64,000 bases of DNA from Candidatus Hydrogenedentota bacterium (GCA_963674865.2 CAXXYE010000008.1:416001-480000), one strand, 5' to 3'. Positions 11,501 to 23,671 are shown, counted from the first letter of the stretch. Made by a program: numbers and translations. Notes: generated by a model not told the origin, from the letters alone.

Positions 11501-11772
11501 CTCCGGACGACTACACTGTCGAGGCTTCCGCGCCCAATTACCAAAGCCAGACGAAGACGGTTGAACTCGGCGAAGGCGAAACGAAGATTCTCAATTTCGC
11601 CCTCGAGCCGGGCTCGGGCAATGGCCAAGGGCAGGGAACGGGTTGTGCGGCCGTGAAGGGCCTGCCGGCCGGCGGGCCTACTCCTCACGCGCGGGGCGAT
11701 ATGCTGGTGGCCGCGGCCCTCCTGGTGCTTCTGGTGCTTCTCCGCGGGAGAAGACGGCAGCCCGTCAGATAA
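8573..11772 (+). pseudogene. secreted NHL-repeat protein with peptidase C13/caspase-like domain, Ig-like and carboxypeptidase-regulatory-like domains and a C-terminal membrane anchor; split by a 1-nt deletion near 10052 (real or sequencing error)
   Basis: ORFs 8402..10117 and 10105..11772 join if CGATTACC (10049-10056) is read CGA TTT ACC, giving ..GRVKRFTAAGESVDEIW..LYGVAVGPEG. Signal peptide, 12 NHL repeats, AVIVAG..LVVYLVGPG..YDASASGSF, tail GC..GDMLVAAALLVLLVLLRGRRR. Confidence 0.8.
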
Positions 11773-11787
11773 TGAGAGGATGAGAAG

Positions 11788-13764
11788 TTGACGCAAGACA
11801 CGCATGGGCTCTCTCTTGAGGGACCGCAATACAGCAATTCCCTCGGGCAGAGGTTCGTCCGTATCGATCCTGGGACTTTCTCCATGGGCGTGGGCGATAC
11901 GCCGCTTCCCGAAGATGTTGCGGAAAAGCCTCATCGCTCGCGCGGCGACTATGATGAGCGCCCGGAACACGAGGTCGAACTTACCCGCCCCTTCTATATG
12001 GGCGTTTGCCAGGTTACCAACGCCGAGTATGAGCAGTTCGATCCGGATCATCGGGCGTTGCGTGGGAGGCTTGGCTTATCCAAGGAAGATGATGAAGCCG
12101 TTGTCTTCGTCAGTTGGCACGATGCCGCCCGATTCTGCGACTGGCTCTCCAAGAAGGATGGACTGCCGTACCGCCTTCCTACGGAGGCGGAATGGGAATA
12201 CGCCTGCCGCGCCGGCACGCGCACACACTACCATACCGGCGATCATCTGCCTGATGTATTTCTCAAGAATGCGCGGCGATCATGGTTTCCCGATCCCGAG
12301 CGCACCGAGCCCGGCGACGTGGTTTCCCTTACCGTGGGGAAGACGCCCCCGAATGCGTGGGGATTGTGCGATATGCACGGCAACGTCGAGGAATGGTGCT
12401 ACGATTGGTACGGCCCCTACGAGCCCGGCAAGCAGACGGATCCTATAGGCCGTGTCGCGGGCGACTTCCGCGTCACCCGTGGCGGTAGCCATTCGGCCGA
12501 GGTCTACTATCTTCGCTCCGCCAATCGCATGGGCGCTCTGGCCGACGAATCATCTTGGCTCATCGGTTTCCGCGTCGTCATCGCCCCGCTGCCGAACACG
12601 GCGCCGTTGCCGGTTGCGGAGCGCCCTTTAGCGCAGTGCTTCGTCGAGCAGCACGTTCCGCCTGATCTCAAGGTGGCGCCCGATACGGACGTGCCGTACT
12701 TCCGCGGGCCGAACACCTTCGTCAAGATCCCGCCCGAGTCGAACGGGCCGATGTACTCGCATCACAATCACGTCCCGTCCATCGCGGAATGTCCCAATGG
12801 CGATCTGCTTGCCGTCTGGTACTCCTGCAATGAGGAATCGGGGCGCGAGTGCGCTTTCCTCGCGAGCCGGTTGCGCTACGGCCAATGCGAATGGGAGCCC
12901 GCGTCGCCGCACTGGGATGTGCCCGACCGCACGCAGGCTACCGTGGCTCTTTGGTATGACGGCGCCGGAACGCTCCACGAGTTCACCGGCCTCTCGGCCG
13001 CGGCCACGTGGGGGAATCTCTGCATTGTTCTGCGGACCTCAAGCGACAGCGGCGCCTCCTGGACGGCGCTGCGCGTCATCGTGCCGGAACACGGCATCCG
13101 GCATATGCCCATCCCCTCCATATTCCGCGCCATCAACGGCGCCATCGTTCTGCCGTGCGATGCGGTTACCGGCGGGCACGGCGGCACGGCGCTTTGGATG
13201 AGCGAAGATGACGGCGCGTCATGGTTCGACGCAGGCGGGACAATTGCAGGCATCCACGCCGGCGTCACCCAGTTGCCTGACGGGCGTCTTCTCGCCTTCG
13301 GGCGCGGGGATGAGATCGACGGCATGATGCCCATGAGCGTTTCCGAGGATATGGGCAAGAGCTGGCGGCGCAGCCCGAGCGTGTTTCCGCCCATTCACGG
13401 CGGCCAGCGACTCGTCTTGAGGCGTCTCCAGGAGGGGCCGCTCTTCTTCGCCTCGTATGCCAATGAGCCTATGATGATCACCGACGCATCCGGCGCGGAG
13501 CGTCCCATCGAGCACCTGTTCTGCGCGCTATCGTTGGATGACGGCCAGACATGGCCTTTCCGCCGGCTCGTCAGTGACGATTATCCGGAGCACGCCATGG
13601 AATCCATGGATGGATACTCGCTCCCGATGAGCAAGTCGACTTCCGAGCACGCCGGATATCTTGCCTCCTGTCAGGCCGCCAACGGGCTCATACACCTCAT
13701 CAGCAGCCGCGCCCACTACGCCTTCAACCTGGCTTGGCTCAAGTCGCCGCCGCCGGCGTTGTAG
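11788..13764 (+). CDS. SUMF1/FGE-sulfatase-like domain fused to a BNR/sialidase-like beta-propeller
   Basis: FSMG..ERPEHEV, RLPTEAEWEYACRAG, NAWGLCDMHGNVEEWC, RGGS, IGFRVV; then Asp-boxes SSDSGASW, SEDDGASW, SEDMGKSW, SLDDGQTW. TTG start after GAGGA. Confidence 0.85.
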   Translation: MTQDTHGLSLEGPQYSNSLGQRFVRIDPGTFSMGVGDTPLPEDVAEKPHRSRGDYDERPEHEVELTRPFYMGVCQVTNAEYEQFDPDHRALRGRLGLSKEDDEAVVFVSWHDAARFCDWLSKKDGLPYRLPTEAEWEYACRAGTRTHYHTGDHLPDVFLKNARRSWFPDPERTEPGDVVSLTVGKTPPNAWGLCDMHGNVEEWCYDWYGPYEPGKQTDPIGRVAGDFRVTRGGSHSAEVYYLRSANRMGALADESSWLIGFRVVIAPLPNTAPLPVAERPLAQCFVEQHVPPDLKVAPDTDVPYFRGPNTFVKIPPESNGPMYSHHNHVPSIAECPNGDLLAVWYSCNEESGRECAFLASRLRYGQCEWEPASPHWDVPDRTQATVALWYDGAGTLHEFTGLSAAATWGNLCIVLRTSSDSGASWTALRVIVPEHGIRHMPIPSIFRAINGAIVLPCDAVTGGHGGTALWMSEDDGASWFDAGGTIAGIHAGVTQLPDGRLLAFGRGDEIDGMMPMSVSEDMGKSWRRSPSVFPPIHGGQRLVLRRLQEGPLFFASYANEPMMITDASGAERPIEHLFCALSLDDGQTWPFRRLVSDDYPEHAMESMDGYSLPMSKSTSEHAGYLASCQAANGLIHLISSRAHYAFNLAWLKSPPPAL

Positions 13765-13773
13765 GCCGATAGG

Positions 13774-15156
13774 CTATTTCAGCGTGTCGGCTATGCCATC
13801 CGCGTCGGCATCGGGAAACTCGACGACGAAGATCTGCTTGAAATCCTCGCCTTCGTAGTTGTAAGCCCGCTTGCCTTCGGTATCGAATGTGGGCACGATC
13901 TTGGCGAACGAGAGGAGCTTGCCGTCGGGCGACCAGCAGAGGTTGTCTCGCTCCGGTTCATCGCTCTGCGGCGTCAACCATACCGATTTGCCGAAAAGCT
14001 CTCCCGGCTTCACGCAGGTGACCACGATGCCGTTATTGCTGACGCATGCTATCGAGTTGCCGGACGCGTGCCACCGGATGGCCCCACCGGCGCCCTTCGG
14101 GAAGGATGTGGCCTGAACCGGACGCTTCGCCGGGTCGGGATCCTTGTCCGAGCCGTCCGAAGCGATTAGGAACACCTGCGTGGTGCCGTCCTCGGCCTTG
14201 GCGAAGTAAGCTATGCGCTTGCCGTCGAGGCTGCCGCGGGCGTCACCTCCGGCCCAGGAGTGAGTCAGCCGCCGGATGCTTACGCCCCTGGGGGGTGTTG
14301 GGAACTCTGTGGCGGAGCCGGCGCCCGCTGTGGTGATGTCCACATCGGCGGGGATATCGATTACGAACAGGGATTCCTCATACGATTCGCCATCGGCGGC
14401 GCGGACTTTCCCAATAAACGAGCGCATCGTGCCGTCGCGGCCCACCCAGGAGTCCTTATTGGCCTTTTCGATCTCGCCCGGCTTCGACGTTCCCTTGGGA
14501 ACCACCGGTACGAGCACCGCAAACCAGTGAGTTGCCCCGCCCGGCGCGTCAGGGCGCTTCTCGAGGTAGCCCACGGTCCGATCGTAATCCTGGAGCAGGA
14601 AGTCATTGTACGTTAGGCCGATGCGCTTGCCGGACCCGCAGTACTCATGGCGGTGCGTACCACCACGATGGGCGCCGGGAAGCGTGGGGCGCGACGTGTC
14701 AATATCGCGATAATCCAGCCACGTCATCGTGCCGCTCCCGTCGGCAATGACTTCGGCGCCCCGGCGGTTCATGGTGCTGTAGTAGCCTCTCGCCGGGACT
14801 TCGTCAAGTAAAGGGCCGTGAATGAAAGCGACCTTGTTCTCCACGGGAGAGAAGAAGGGCGCGCCGATGCCCGGGGCGGGCTCATCACCTATCACCGACG
14901 CCGGCGGCTTGTAGAGCACGGTCTCTTTGCCGGTGGCGACCTCAACCATCTCAATCGTCTGGCCGTTGCCCATCCCGTGCCCGTCTGTTCCACGCGTGTC
15001 GTAGCAGATGTAGCGGCAGTTCGGTGAGAAGTTGTCATTGTTATCTGGATTGTGGCACTTGGCGGAGAACGTGATCTGCCGCTCTTCCGCCCCGGCTGCG
15101 GCAACCAAGGTTAGTGCTGCGGCCAGGCATACCCACGCAAACCGATTGCTCAACAT
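13774..15156 (-). CDS. secreted YidR/DUF3748-like beta-propeller protein
   Basis: Signal peptide, ERQITF..NNDNFSP..YDTR, PGAHRGGTHRH, GLTYND, WSPDGK resemble the YidR family. ATG 15156 has an AAGGAG SD. Confidence 0.7.
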   Translation of the reverse strand: MLSNRFAWVCLAAALTLVAAAGAEERQITFSAKCHNPDNNDNFSPNCRYICYDTRGTDGHGMGNGQTIEMVEVATGKETVLYKPPASVIGDEPAPGIGAPFFSPVENKVAFIHGPLLDEVPARGYYSTMNRRGAEVIADGSGTMTWLDYRDIDTSRPTLPGAHRGGTHRHEYCGSGKRIGLTYNDFLLQDYDRTVGYLEKRPDAPGGATHWFAVLVPVVPKGTSKPGEIEKANKDSWVGRDGTMRSFIGKVRAADGESYEESLFVIDIPADVDITTAGAGSATEFPTPPRGVSIRRLTHSWAGGDARGSLDGKRIAYFAKAEDGTTQVFLIASDGSDKDPDPAKRPVQATSFPKGAGGAIRWHASGNSIACVSNNGIVVTCVKPGELFGKSVWLTPQSDEPERDNLCWSPDGKLLSFAKIVPTFDTEGKRAYNYEGEDFKQIFVVEFPDADADGIADTLK

Positions 15157-15305
15157 ATGGAGACTCCTTTTCACGATTCTTGCCGTAGTCTTCGGGAGAT
15201 TGTCACGAATGGAACAGGAAGCGCTCCATGCGTCAGTTCCGAGTCACTAGCGCCACCCAGTCTATCAAGAAGCCGTGCGCCTGTCCAAAACGCCTTGGCG
15301 TACTT

Positions 15306-16385
15306 TCACGGCCTGCGCACCGCAGCGCTGATAATGCCCGCGCCAAGCACGTATTCATCGTCATCGTAAAACACAGCCCATTGGCCCGGTGTGACGGAAC
15401 GCACCGCCTCGTGAAATCGGACCTCAACCGCGTTTCCCGCGGGCGTCACCGTCGCGGGAACGGGCGTGTGAAGGTAGCGGATCTGGGCACGGCACTCGAA
15501 GGCGTCCGCGCGCGGCGCGGTGGAAATCCAGTTCATGCCGTCGGCAGTGAGGCCGTCACAGTAAGTCTCCTCTTCGTAGCCTACGGTGAGCGTGTTGCGG
15601 GCCGTGTCGATTTCGATCACGTAGAGTGGCCGTGGCGCGGCGATTCCGAGTCCTTTTCGCTGGCCGACGGTGTAGTCCATGATGCCGTGGTGTTCGCCTA
15701 GGACCTCCCCGGCTGTGGAGATAATCGGGCCGGGCGTTCCGGGGCCGACGCGTTGGTAGAGGAATCCGCGGTAGTCATTGTCGGGGATGAAGCAGATCTC
15801 CTGGCTTTCGGGGCGATGTGCGGCCGGCAAGCTGTTGGCGGTGGCATAGGCGCGTATTGTTTCCTTGGTTGACTCGCCGAGGGGAAACAGGGCGCGCGCG
15901 AGTTGCTCTTGTCCCAAGCCCGCAAGGACGTAGCTCTGATCCTTGGCTCCGGCCCGTGCCCGGCGAAGTGCCACGCGTTCGCCCCGGCGGGCAACGCGCG
16001 CGTAGTGGCCCGTGGCCAGATGGCTGGCGCCGAGAACCTTAGCTTCCTCGAGGAGCGCGCCGAACTTGATGGCCCGGTTGCAGCGGACGCAAGGATTGGG
16101 TGTGCGGCCGGCGAGGTACTCACGGGTGAAATCGGCGATGATCTCCGCTTCGAACCGGGCGGCCAAATGGACAACATGGTGAGGGATGCCGAGGTGTGCG
16201 GCCGCGGCTGCGGCATCCCGCGCGGCCGCGCTGCCGCAAGGGGAGAGGCCGTCGGGATCGGAGAGGGCCACCATGGTGAGGCCGACTACCTCATGGCCCT
16301 GCTCCAGAAGCATGGCGGCGGCGGCGGAGCTGTCCACACCCCCGCTCATGGCGACGCAGATCATAACCTTCGGTCGGTGGGGCAT
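15306..16385 (-). CDS. mnmA: tRNA 2-thiouridine(34) synthase MnmA
   Basis: AMSGGVDSS, GRTPNPCVRCN, ATGHYAR, KDQSYVL, ESQEICF, YTVGQRKGLG, VTPGQ. Confidence 0.96.
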   Translation of the reverse strand: MPHRPKVMICVAMSGGVDSSAAAAMLLEQGHEVVGLTMVALSDPDGLSPCGSAAARDAAAAAAHLGIPHHVVHLAARFEAEIIADFTREYLAGRTPNPCVRCNRAIKFGALLEEAKVLGASHLATGHYARVARRGERVALRRARAGAKDQSYVLAGLGQEQLARALFPLGESTKETIRAYATANSLPAAHRPESQEICFIPDNDYRGFLYQRVGPGTPGPIISTAGEVLGEHHGIMDYTVGQRKGLGIAAPRPLYVIEIDTARNTLTVGYEEETYCDGLTADGMNWISTAPRADAFECRAQIRYLHTPVPATVTPAGNAVEVRFHEAVRSVTPGQWAVFYDDDEYVLGAGIISAAVRRP

Positions 16386-16452
16386 AGGCTTTCTTACGAG
16401 GAAACAAACACACCGAGATACCGGCCGGTGTCTGTGCGTGTTAGGCGGGCGT

Positions 16453-16893
16453 CTACGGCCTCGGTGCGCCTACCGGGCCTTGTTGCGGGGGCGTCGGCCT
16501 GGGAGCGCCTCCCTCACGGGATTGAGGCCGCACTTCTCCCGGCGGCTTCATCGTGCACTTGCCCTCGAAAATGACGCCCTCGGCGATGCTGACGCGTGGT
16601 GCGGTGATATCGCCCATCAATTTGCCCGTTGCATTGATCTCGAGGCGGTCGTTGGCGAACACGTTCCCTTCGACTTCGCCGCTGATCACAATCTGGCCGG
16701 CCACAAGATCCGCCTTGACCCGGCCTGATTCCTGGACGACGACGCTGTCTTCGCTCTGTACGCTGCCGCTCACGTTGCCCTCGATGCGCACAGTTCCCTT
16801 GGACTTTATCTCACCGGTGACGGTGGTGCCGCCTCCGATGATTGTCACCACCTTGGTATCGCTGTACGTCTTCTTCTTCCCTGAATCGAGCAT
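16453..16893 (-). CDS. bactofilin (polymer-forming cytoskeletal protein, CcmA family)
   Basis: TIIGGGTTVTGEI..VRIEGNVSGSV..ISGEVEGNV..GDI..IAEGVIFEGKC beta-helix pattern; 2 nt downstream of the M23 gene. Confidence 0.92.
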   Translation of the reverse strand: MLDSGKKKTYSDTKVVTIIGGGTTVTGEIKSKGTVRIEGNVSGSVQSEDSVVVQESGRVKADLVAGQIVISGEVEGNVFANDRLEINATGKLMGDITAPRVSIAEGVIFEGKCTMKPPGEVRPQSREGGAPRPTPPQQGPVGAPRP

Positions 16894-16895
16894 GA

Positions 16896-17894
16896 TCAGT
16901 CCCCGAGATATCGTCTTGGATTCACCGGTTTCTTGTTGACGCGGACTTCGTAGTGCAGGTGCGCGCCTGTGCTGCGCCCCGTATTACCCAAGGTGCCAAT
17001 CACATCGCACCGCTCCACCTCGTCGCCCGCCTTCACGTTCCGCTTCCTCAGATGAGCGTACCAGGTTTGAAAGCCGCCGCCGTGGTCGAGCTTCACGGTG
17101 TTGCCCAGGTAGCGGTCGTAGCCCGAGTAGATGACTACGCCCTTGGCGGTGGCCATAATCGGCGAGCCATAGGGCGCACCGATGTCCAGGCCGCTATGGA
17201 AAGCCGTCTTGCGCGTGAACGGATCTTTGCGGTAGCCGAAGGAGGATGTAATGCGCCGCGAGTCTTCATCGACGGGCCATATGGAGGGCATGCGCTCGAC
17301 GCGATCTCGCTGGGCCTCCATGGCCGTTAATAGCGCCTCGAGACTGTCCTTACGAAGCGCGATTTCCTGGAGGATCAGGTCGGCTGAGGGCCGGGCCAGG
17401 CCATAGATCAACTCCGGCGGGTCAATGGCGTCTTCGCTGAGTTCCCCGGCAACGTCCGAAATGCCGCCTGGCAGCCCGCCTTGCCCGCCGGAACCGCCTC
17501 CCACGCCGCCATCCGTCGAGGCGGCCCGGGGCGGCAGGCCGTGGATCTCACGAACCTGGGCCTCGATATCGTAGAGTTCGGCCAGTTTGGCGGCCACCGC
17601 GGCGTTGCACTGCTCATATTCCGCCCGGATAGAGCGCTCCAGTTCAGCCCGCTCTTCGTCGGCAAGTCCTGTCTTCGCGGGTTCGGTTCGCTCCGTATTC
17701 TCGAGCGCCTGGTTTTCTGCCCTAAGTCTTTCGGTTTCAGCCTCTAAGGCAGACGACCTGCGGAAGAAGAAAGCCGAAGAAAATGACAAAAGTAAGATTA
17801 ATCCGGCAAGAAGGAGGACGGGAAGGAAGCTGACGTTGAGTGTGTGTGAGCTGCCCCGATCATGGGGAATCAGCATCACAGTCCATTTCTTCAT
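16896..17894 (-). CDS. M23 family peptidoglycan endopeptidase with N-terminal TM and coiled coil
   Basis: PSIWPV, ITSSFGYRKDPFT, HSGLD, YAHL, GRSTGAHLHYEV. Confidence 0.93.
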   Translation of the reverse strand: MKKWTVMLIPHDRGSSHTLNVSFLPVLLLAGLILLLSFSSAFFFRRSSALEAETERLRAENQALENTERTEPAKTGLADEERAELERSIRAEYEQCNAAVAAKLAELYDIEAQVREIHGLPPRAASTDGGVGGGSGGQGGLPGGISDVAGELSEDAIDPPELIYGLARPSADLILQEIALRKDSLEALLTAMEAQRDRVERMPSIWPVDEDSRRITSSFGYRKDPFTRKTAFHSGLDIGAPYGSPIMATAKGVVIYSGYDRYLGNTVKLDHGGGFQTWYAHLRKRNVKAGDEVERCDVIGTLGNTGRSTGAHLHYEVRVNKKPVNPRRYLGD

Positions 17895-18032
17895 GCAGGG
17901 AAAACTCCCGAGTCTCTTGGTATGGGATCTACCAGCACAACCCCCGATAAGGCTGATTCTAATCTACCTATGACTTCCCTCGCTCTTACGTATCCCAAGA
18001 TTCCCCAAGAAGTTTCCTTCCTCTGGATGCTG

Positions 18033-18061
18033 AATATAGCACGCGGCCATCCTGAAGTCAA
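18033..18061 (-). promoter_or_regulatory. sigma70 promoter for the M23-bactofilin-mnmA genes
   Basis: Minus strand TTGACT-17 nt-TATATT with TGn extended -10. Confidence 0.75.
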
Positions 18062-18123
18062 CTTTGTCAAGCCCGCCTATTCGAGCCCATAGCGCCAGAT
18101 GGCGGGTGTCCGAAGGGGCGGGA

Positions 18124-18966
18124 CTACTCCTTGTGGGGTACCTTCGCGCCGCGCGCTTCGATGGCCCACTCCTCTTCAAAGACGAGGCTGGCATCGAGCG
18201 TCACCTCCTCAAGCGCTCCCTGGAGTGCGGCGCCGTAGCTGCGCGTGGGGTCGTCGAGGAGACATAGGCACGTGCATCCCTGCGGCACGGCCACCGCCTG
18301 CTGGGGCATGGTGAGGAGCCTGCGCGTCCATACGCCGGACGTGTTCTTGAGCGATATCTCCGGCACGAAGGCGCCCAAGACGACCCCCTTCATGCGAGCC
18401 GTCGGCGGAACGGGGATGAGCCAGTGCTTTATCGAGTTGACCACTGCCGGGGCGATCTCGTCCGTGCCGGTGATGGGCCGGATTTCTCCGTCGGCCTTTG
18501 CGATTCGTACGGTGGTATCGTGGGGCACCCGGGCCGTATTGCGGATCGCGAAGCGCCCCGGGTGGGTCGCGGTGGCAAGAATCGACACCCGGAGCCGGGC
18601 CCGCGGCTGTTCTCCCAGCAACTGGATTTCCTTCTTCAGGCGGACATTCAGGCGTTCGGAGGCGGGCCCCAGCAGGGCAATGTAGTCCGCGCGCTGCTCG
18701 ATGACCTCCGCGGGGCCCCGGCAGATGGCGGCGCCGTCGTCGGAGTGCGGCAGCAGGTCCGTGCAGAGGCCGCCCGGCTGAGGCGGCCCGCCGTCGGCAA
18801 TATGCGCCGTATCCACGAACAGCGGATCAACGAAATTTGCGCCCCCGGGGAGCCCCACGAACCGGATGGAGAACCACTGGGGGTCAATCTCGATGCGGAT
18901 CGCCCCGTTATCCAGCGTGAGCGGCCCGGTGAAGACCACTGCCAGGACAACGGCGAATGCGGCCAT
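18124..18966 (-). CDS. hypothetical exported protein, possibly DUF4380/galactose-mutarotase-like beta-sandwich
   Basis: 280-aa ORF with GGAGG SD and hydrophobic N-terminus, then LTLDNGAIRIEIDP and C-terminal FEEEWAI; family call is weak. Confidence 0.55.
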   Translation of the reverse strand: MAAFAVVLAVVFTGPLTLDNGAIRIEIDPQWFSIRFVGLPGGANFVDPLFVDTAHIADGGPPQPGGLCTDLLPHSDDGAAICRGPAEVIEQRADYIALLGPASERLNVRLKKEIQLLGEQPRARLRVSILATATHPGRFAIRNTARVPHDTTVRIAKADGEIRPITGTDEIAPAVVNSIKHWLIPVPPTARMKGVVLGAFVPEISLKNTSGVWTRRLLTMPQQAVAVPQGCTCLCLLDDPTRSYGAALQGALEEVTLDASLVFEEEWAIEARGAKVPHKE

Positions 18967-19246
18967 AAGGTCCTGTCCTCCGACGTGAGAGCAATGACGG
19001 CCATTGCTCTTTCCTGACGCATTCTCGCCATTTCTCCCGCGTGATGCAACGCCCGCAAGACTCTCTGGGGAGGCATCCGCAGCCAGGGAGAGAGCCTCGG
19101 CAGGTTCCTCCTGTCTCCCGAGTCTCTGTCATTTCTGCGGGGGAATACCAAAGATCCTGCGCTTGTTGACCAGAATTACAAGCTAGGCGCCCACGGGTGC
19201 GGCAGAACAGCGTCCATCCGCGAAGGCTGCCTCGGGAGGCGATGCC

Positions 19247-21474
<2,228 letters not shown>

Positions 21475-21553
21475 CGGCGGGAAGGGGCAAGGGATGGCTG
21501 GCCGAAGCCTCAAGACACCGGCGCCATGAGCGTTGCCTCATGATTCGGGTGCT

Positions 21554-21934
<381 letters not shown>

Positions 21935-22138
21935 TCACCGATCAGCTAGTCTGTCCCCACCCACGCACGATGCCAACCGCGGTTCGGCCCCGGGGCCGAA
22001 CTGGCAACGCGAGAGCGCGGATTCCTCGACGAGGGCGAGCCGAACGCTCAGGTAGCCACCTCGCCAAGTTGCCGTGACGCGTTCTTCCTCGTCGGGCCGC
22101 GGCTCTCCGCGGGGAACGGACCGCCTTCGCACGGCGGC

Positions 22139-23506
22139 CTAGTAATCGTAGCCGCGCTCGTCGTGCTGTGAGAGGTCCAGTCCTTCGGTTTCGTCCTGTT
22201 TGCTCACGCGCAATCCGAGCGTCGCGTCGATAGCCTTCAGCAGGATGTAGGATACCACGCCCGACCACAGCAAAGTCACGACAATGCCCTTCAGTTGGGC
22301 GAGCACCTGAGCCGCCATGGACAGGTCATTAGGGGCATATCCACCCAGCGCACTGGACGCGAAGAAGCCCGTGAGGAGCACGCCGAGCGCTCCGCCGACG
22401 CCGTGGACGCCGAAGGCGTCGAGGGAATCGTCATAACCGAACTTGCGTTTGACGGTCGTTGCCATGAAGAAGCAAGCCACACCGGCGGCGAAACCGATGG
22501 CAATGGCGCCCATCGGGCCGACAAATCCCGCGGCGGGCGTGATGGTGGCGAGTCCCGCGATAGCTCCGGTGCTCATCCCCAAGACACTCGGCTTGCCGTG
22601 TTTACGCCATTCGATGAACATCCAGGTCACCGCCGCGGAGGAGGCGCCCAACTGAGTGGCCAGCATGGCCATGGCGGCCGTCGTGTTCGCGGCGACCGCG
22701 CTGCCGGCGTTGAAGCCAAACCACCCCACCCACAGCATGCCCGTACCTACGACGGTTAGCGTCAGGCTGTGGGGCGGCATGGGGGCCGTTGGATACCCCT
22801 CGCGCTTTCCGAGCACGATGGCGCAGATCAGCGCGGCGATGCCCGCGTTCAGATGCACGACGATGCCGCCGGCAAAGTCCAGCACGTTGCGATCCGCCAG
22901 GAGCGCGCCCGGGCCTCCCCATACCATGTGGGCAATGGGGAAGTACGCCAGGATAGTCCAAAGGCTCAGGAACCAGAGCATTGCGGAGAACTTCATGCGC
23001 TCGGCGAAGGCCCCGATAACCAAGCCAGGGGTGATGATGGCGAAGGTAAGTTGATAGCAGAAGAATAATGCTTCCGGAATCGTCTGCGAACCGTACACAC
23101 TATCCGGCGTGATGCCCCGGCAGAATACCTTGTCCAGGGCGCCGATGAACGAGTGCAGCGAAACTTGGCCCTCCGCCATTCCCTGGGTGCTAAAGGTGAG
23201 GCTGTATCCGAAGACGGCCCATAACACCGTTACCAGGCTCGTGAGCACGATGCACTGCATCAGCACCGACAAGACGTTCTTGGTGCGGACAAGGCCGCCA
23301 TAGAAAAGGGCCAGGCCCGGTATCGTCATGAACAACACCAGCGCCATAGATGTGAGCATCCAGGCCGTATCCCCCGAATCGATAGCCGTCGCCTCCTGCG
23401 CCAAGGCGTTTGAGGCGAAAACGGCAAGTGCGGTGGCCGCGGCTATGCGCCTCCCCCATCTTTGAACCGTGGACAGCGTGGCGGCTTTCTTCAATTGTGT
23501 GTACAC
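22139..23506 (-). CDS. amtB: ammonium transporter
   Basis: DSGDTAW, PGLALFYGGLVR, FAIITPGL..GAFAER, DFAGGIVVH, LWVGWFGFNAGS, DDSLDAFGVHG; GTG start after GAGGAGG. Confidence 0.96.
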   Translation of the reverse strand: MYTQLKKAATLSTVQRWGRRIAAATALAVFASNALAQEATAIDSGDTAWMLTSMALVLFMTIPGLALFYGGLVRTKNVLSVLMQCIVLTSLVTVLWAVFGYSLTFSTQGMAEGQVSLHSFIGALDKVFCRGITPDSVYGSQTIPEALFFCYQLTFAIITPGLVIGAFAERMKFSAMLWFLSLWTILAYFPIAHMVWGGPGALLADRNVLDFAGGIVVHLNAGIAALICAIVLGKREGYPTAPMPPHSLTLTVVGTGMLWVGWFGFNAGSAVAANTTAAMAMLATQLGASSAAVTWMFIEWRKHGKPSVLGMSTGAIAGLATITPAAGFVGPMGAIAIGFAAGVACFFMATTVKRKFGYDDSLDAFGVHGVGGALGVLLTGFFASSALGGYAPNDLSMAAQVLAQLKGIVVTLLWSGVVSYILLKAIDATLGLRVSKQDETEGLDLSQHDERGYDY

Positions 23507-23671
23507 GCACCTTCCTCCTCTAGCTCCAGTTTGCTCCCAACGCTCAAGGGATTTGTGGCCGTCGGCAGGCTATTGCAGACACACATTCATACACATGCGT
23601 GGTTAATCGAGATAAGAAACCACGCAGATGTAGAATCTCACCGTGGAATGCAACCTCCCGTCCTCTATTTA

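Noticed and set aside
18967..19246. Possible SAM riboswitch or T-box upstream of cysK
   Set aside because: No SAM-I/II or T-box consensus found; only a short hairpin at 18988-19010.
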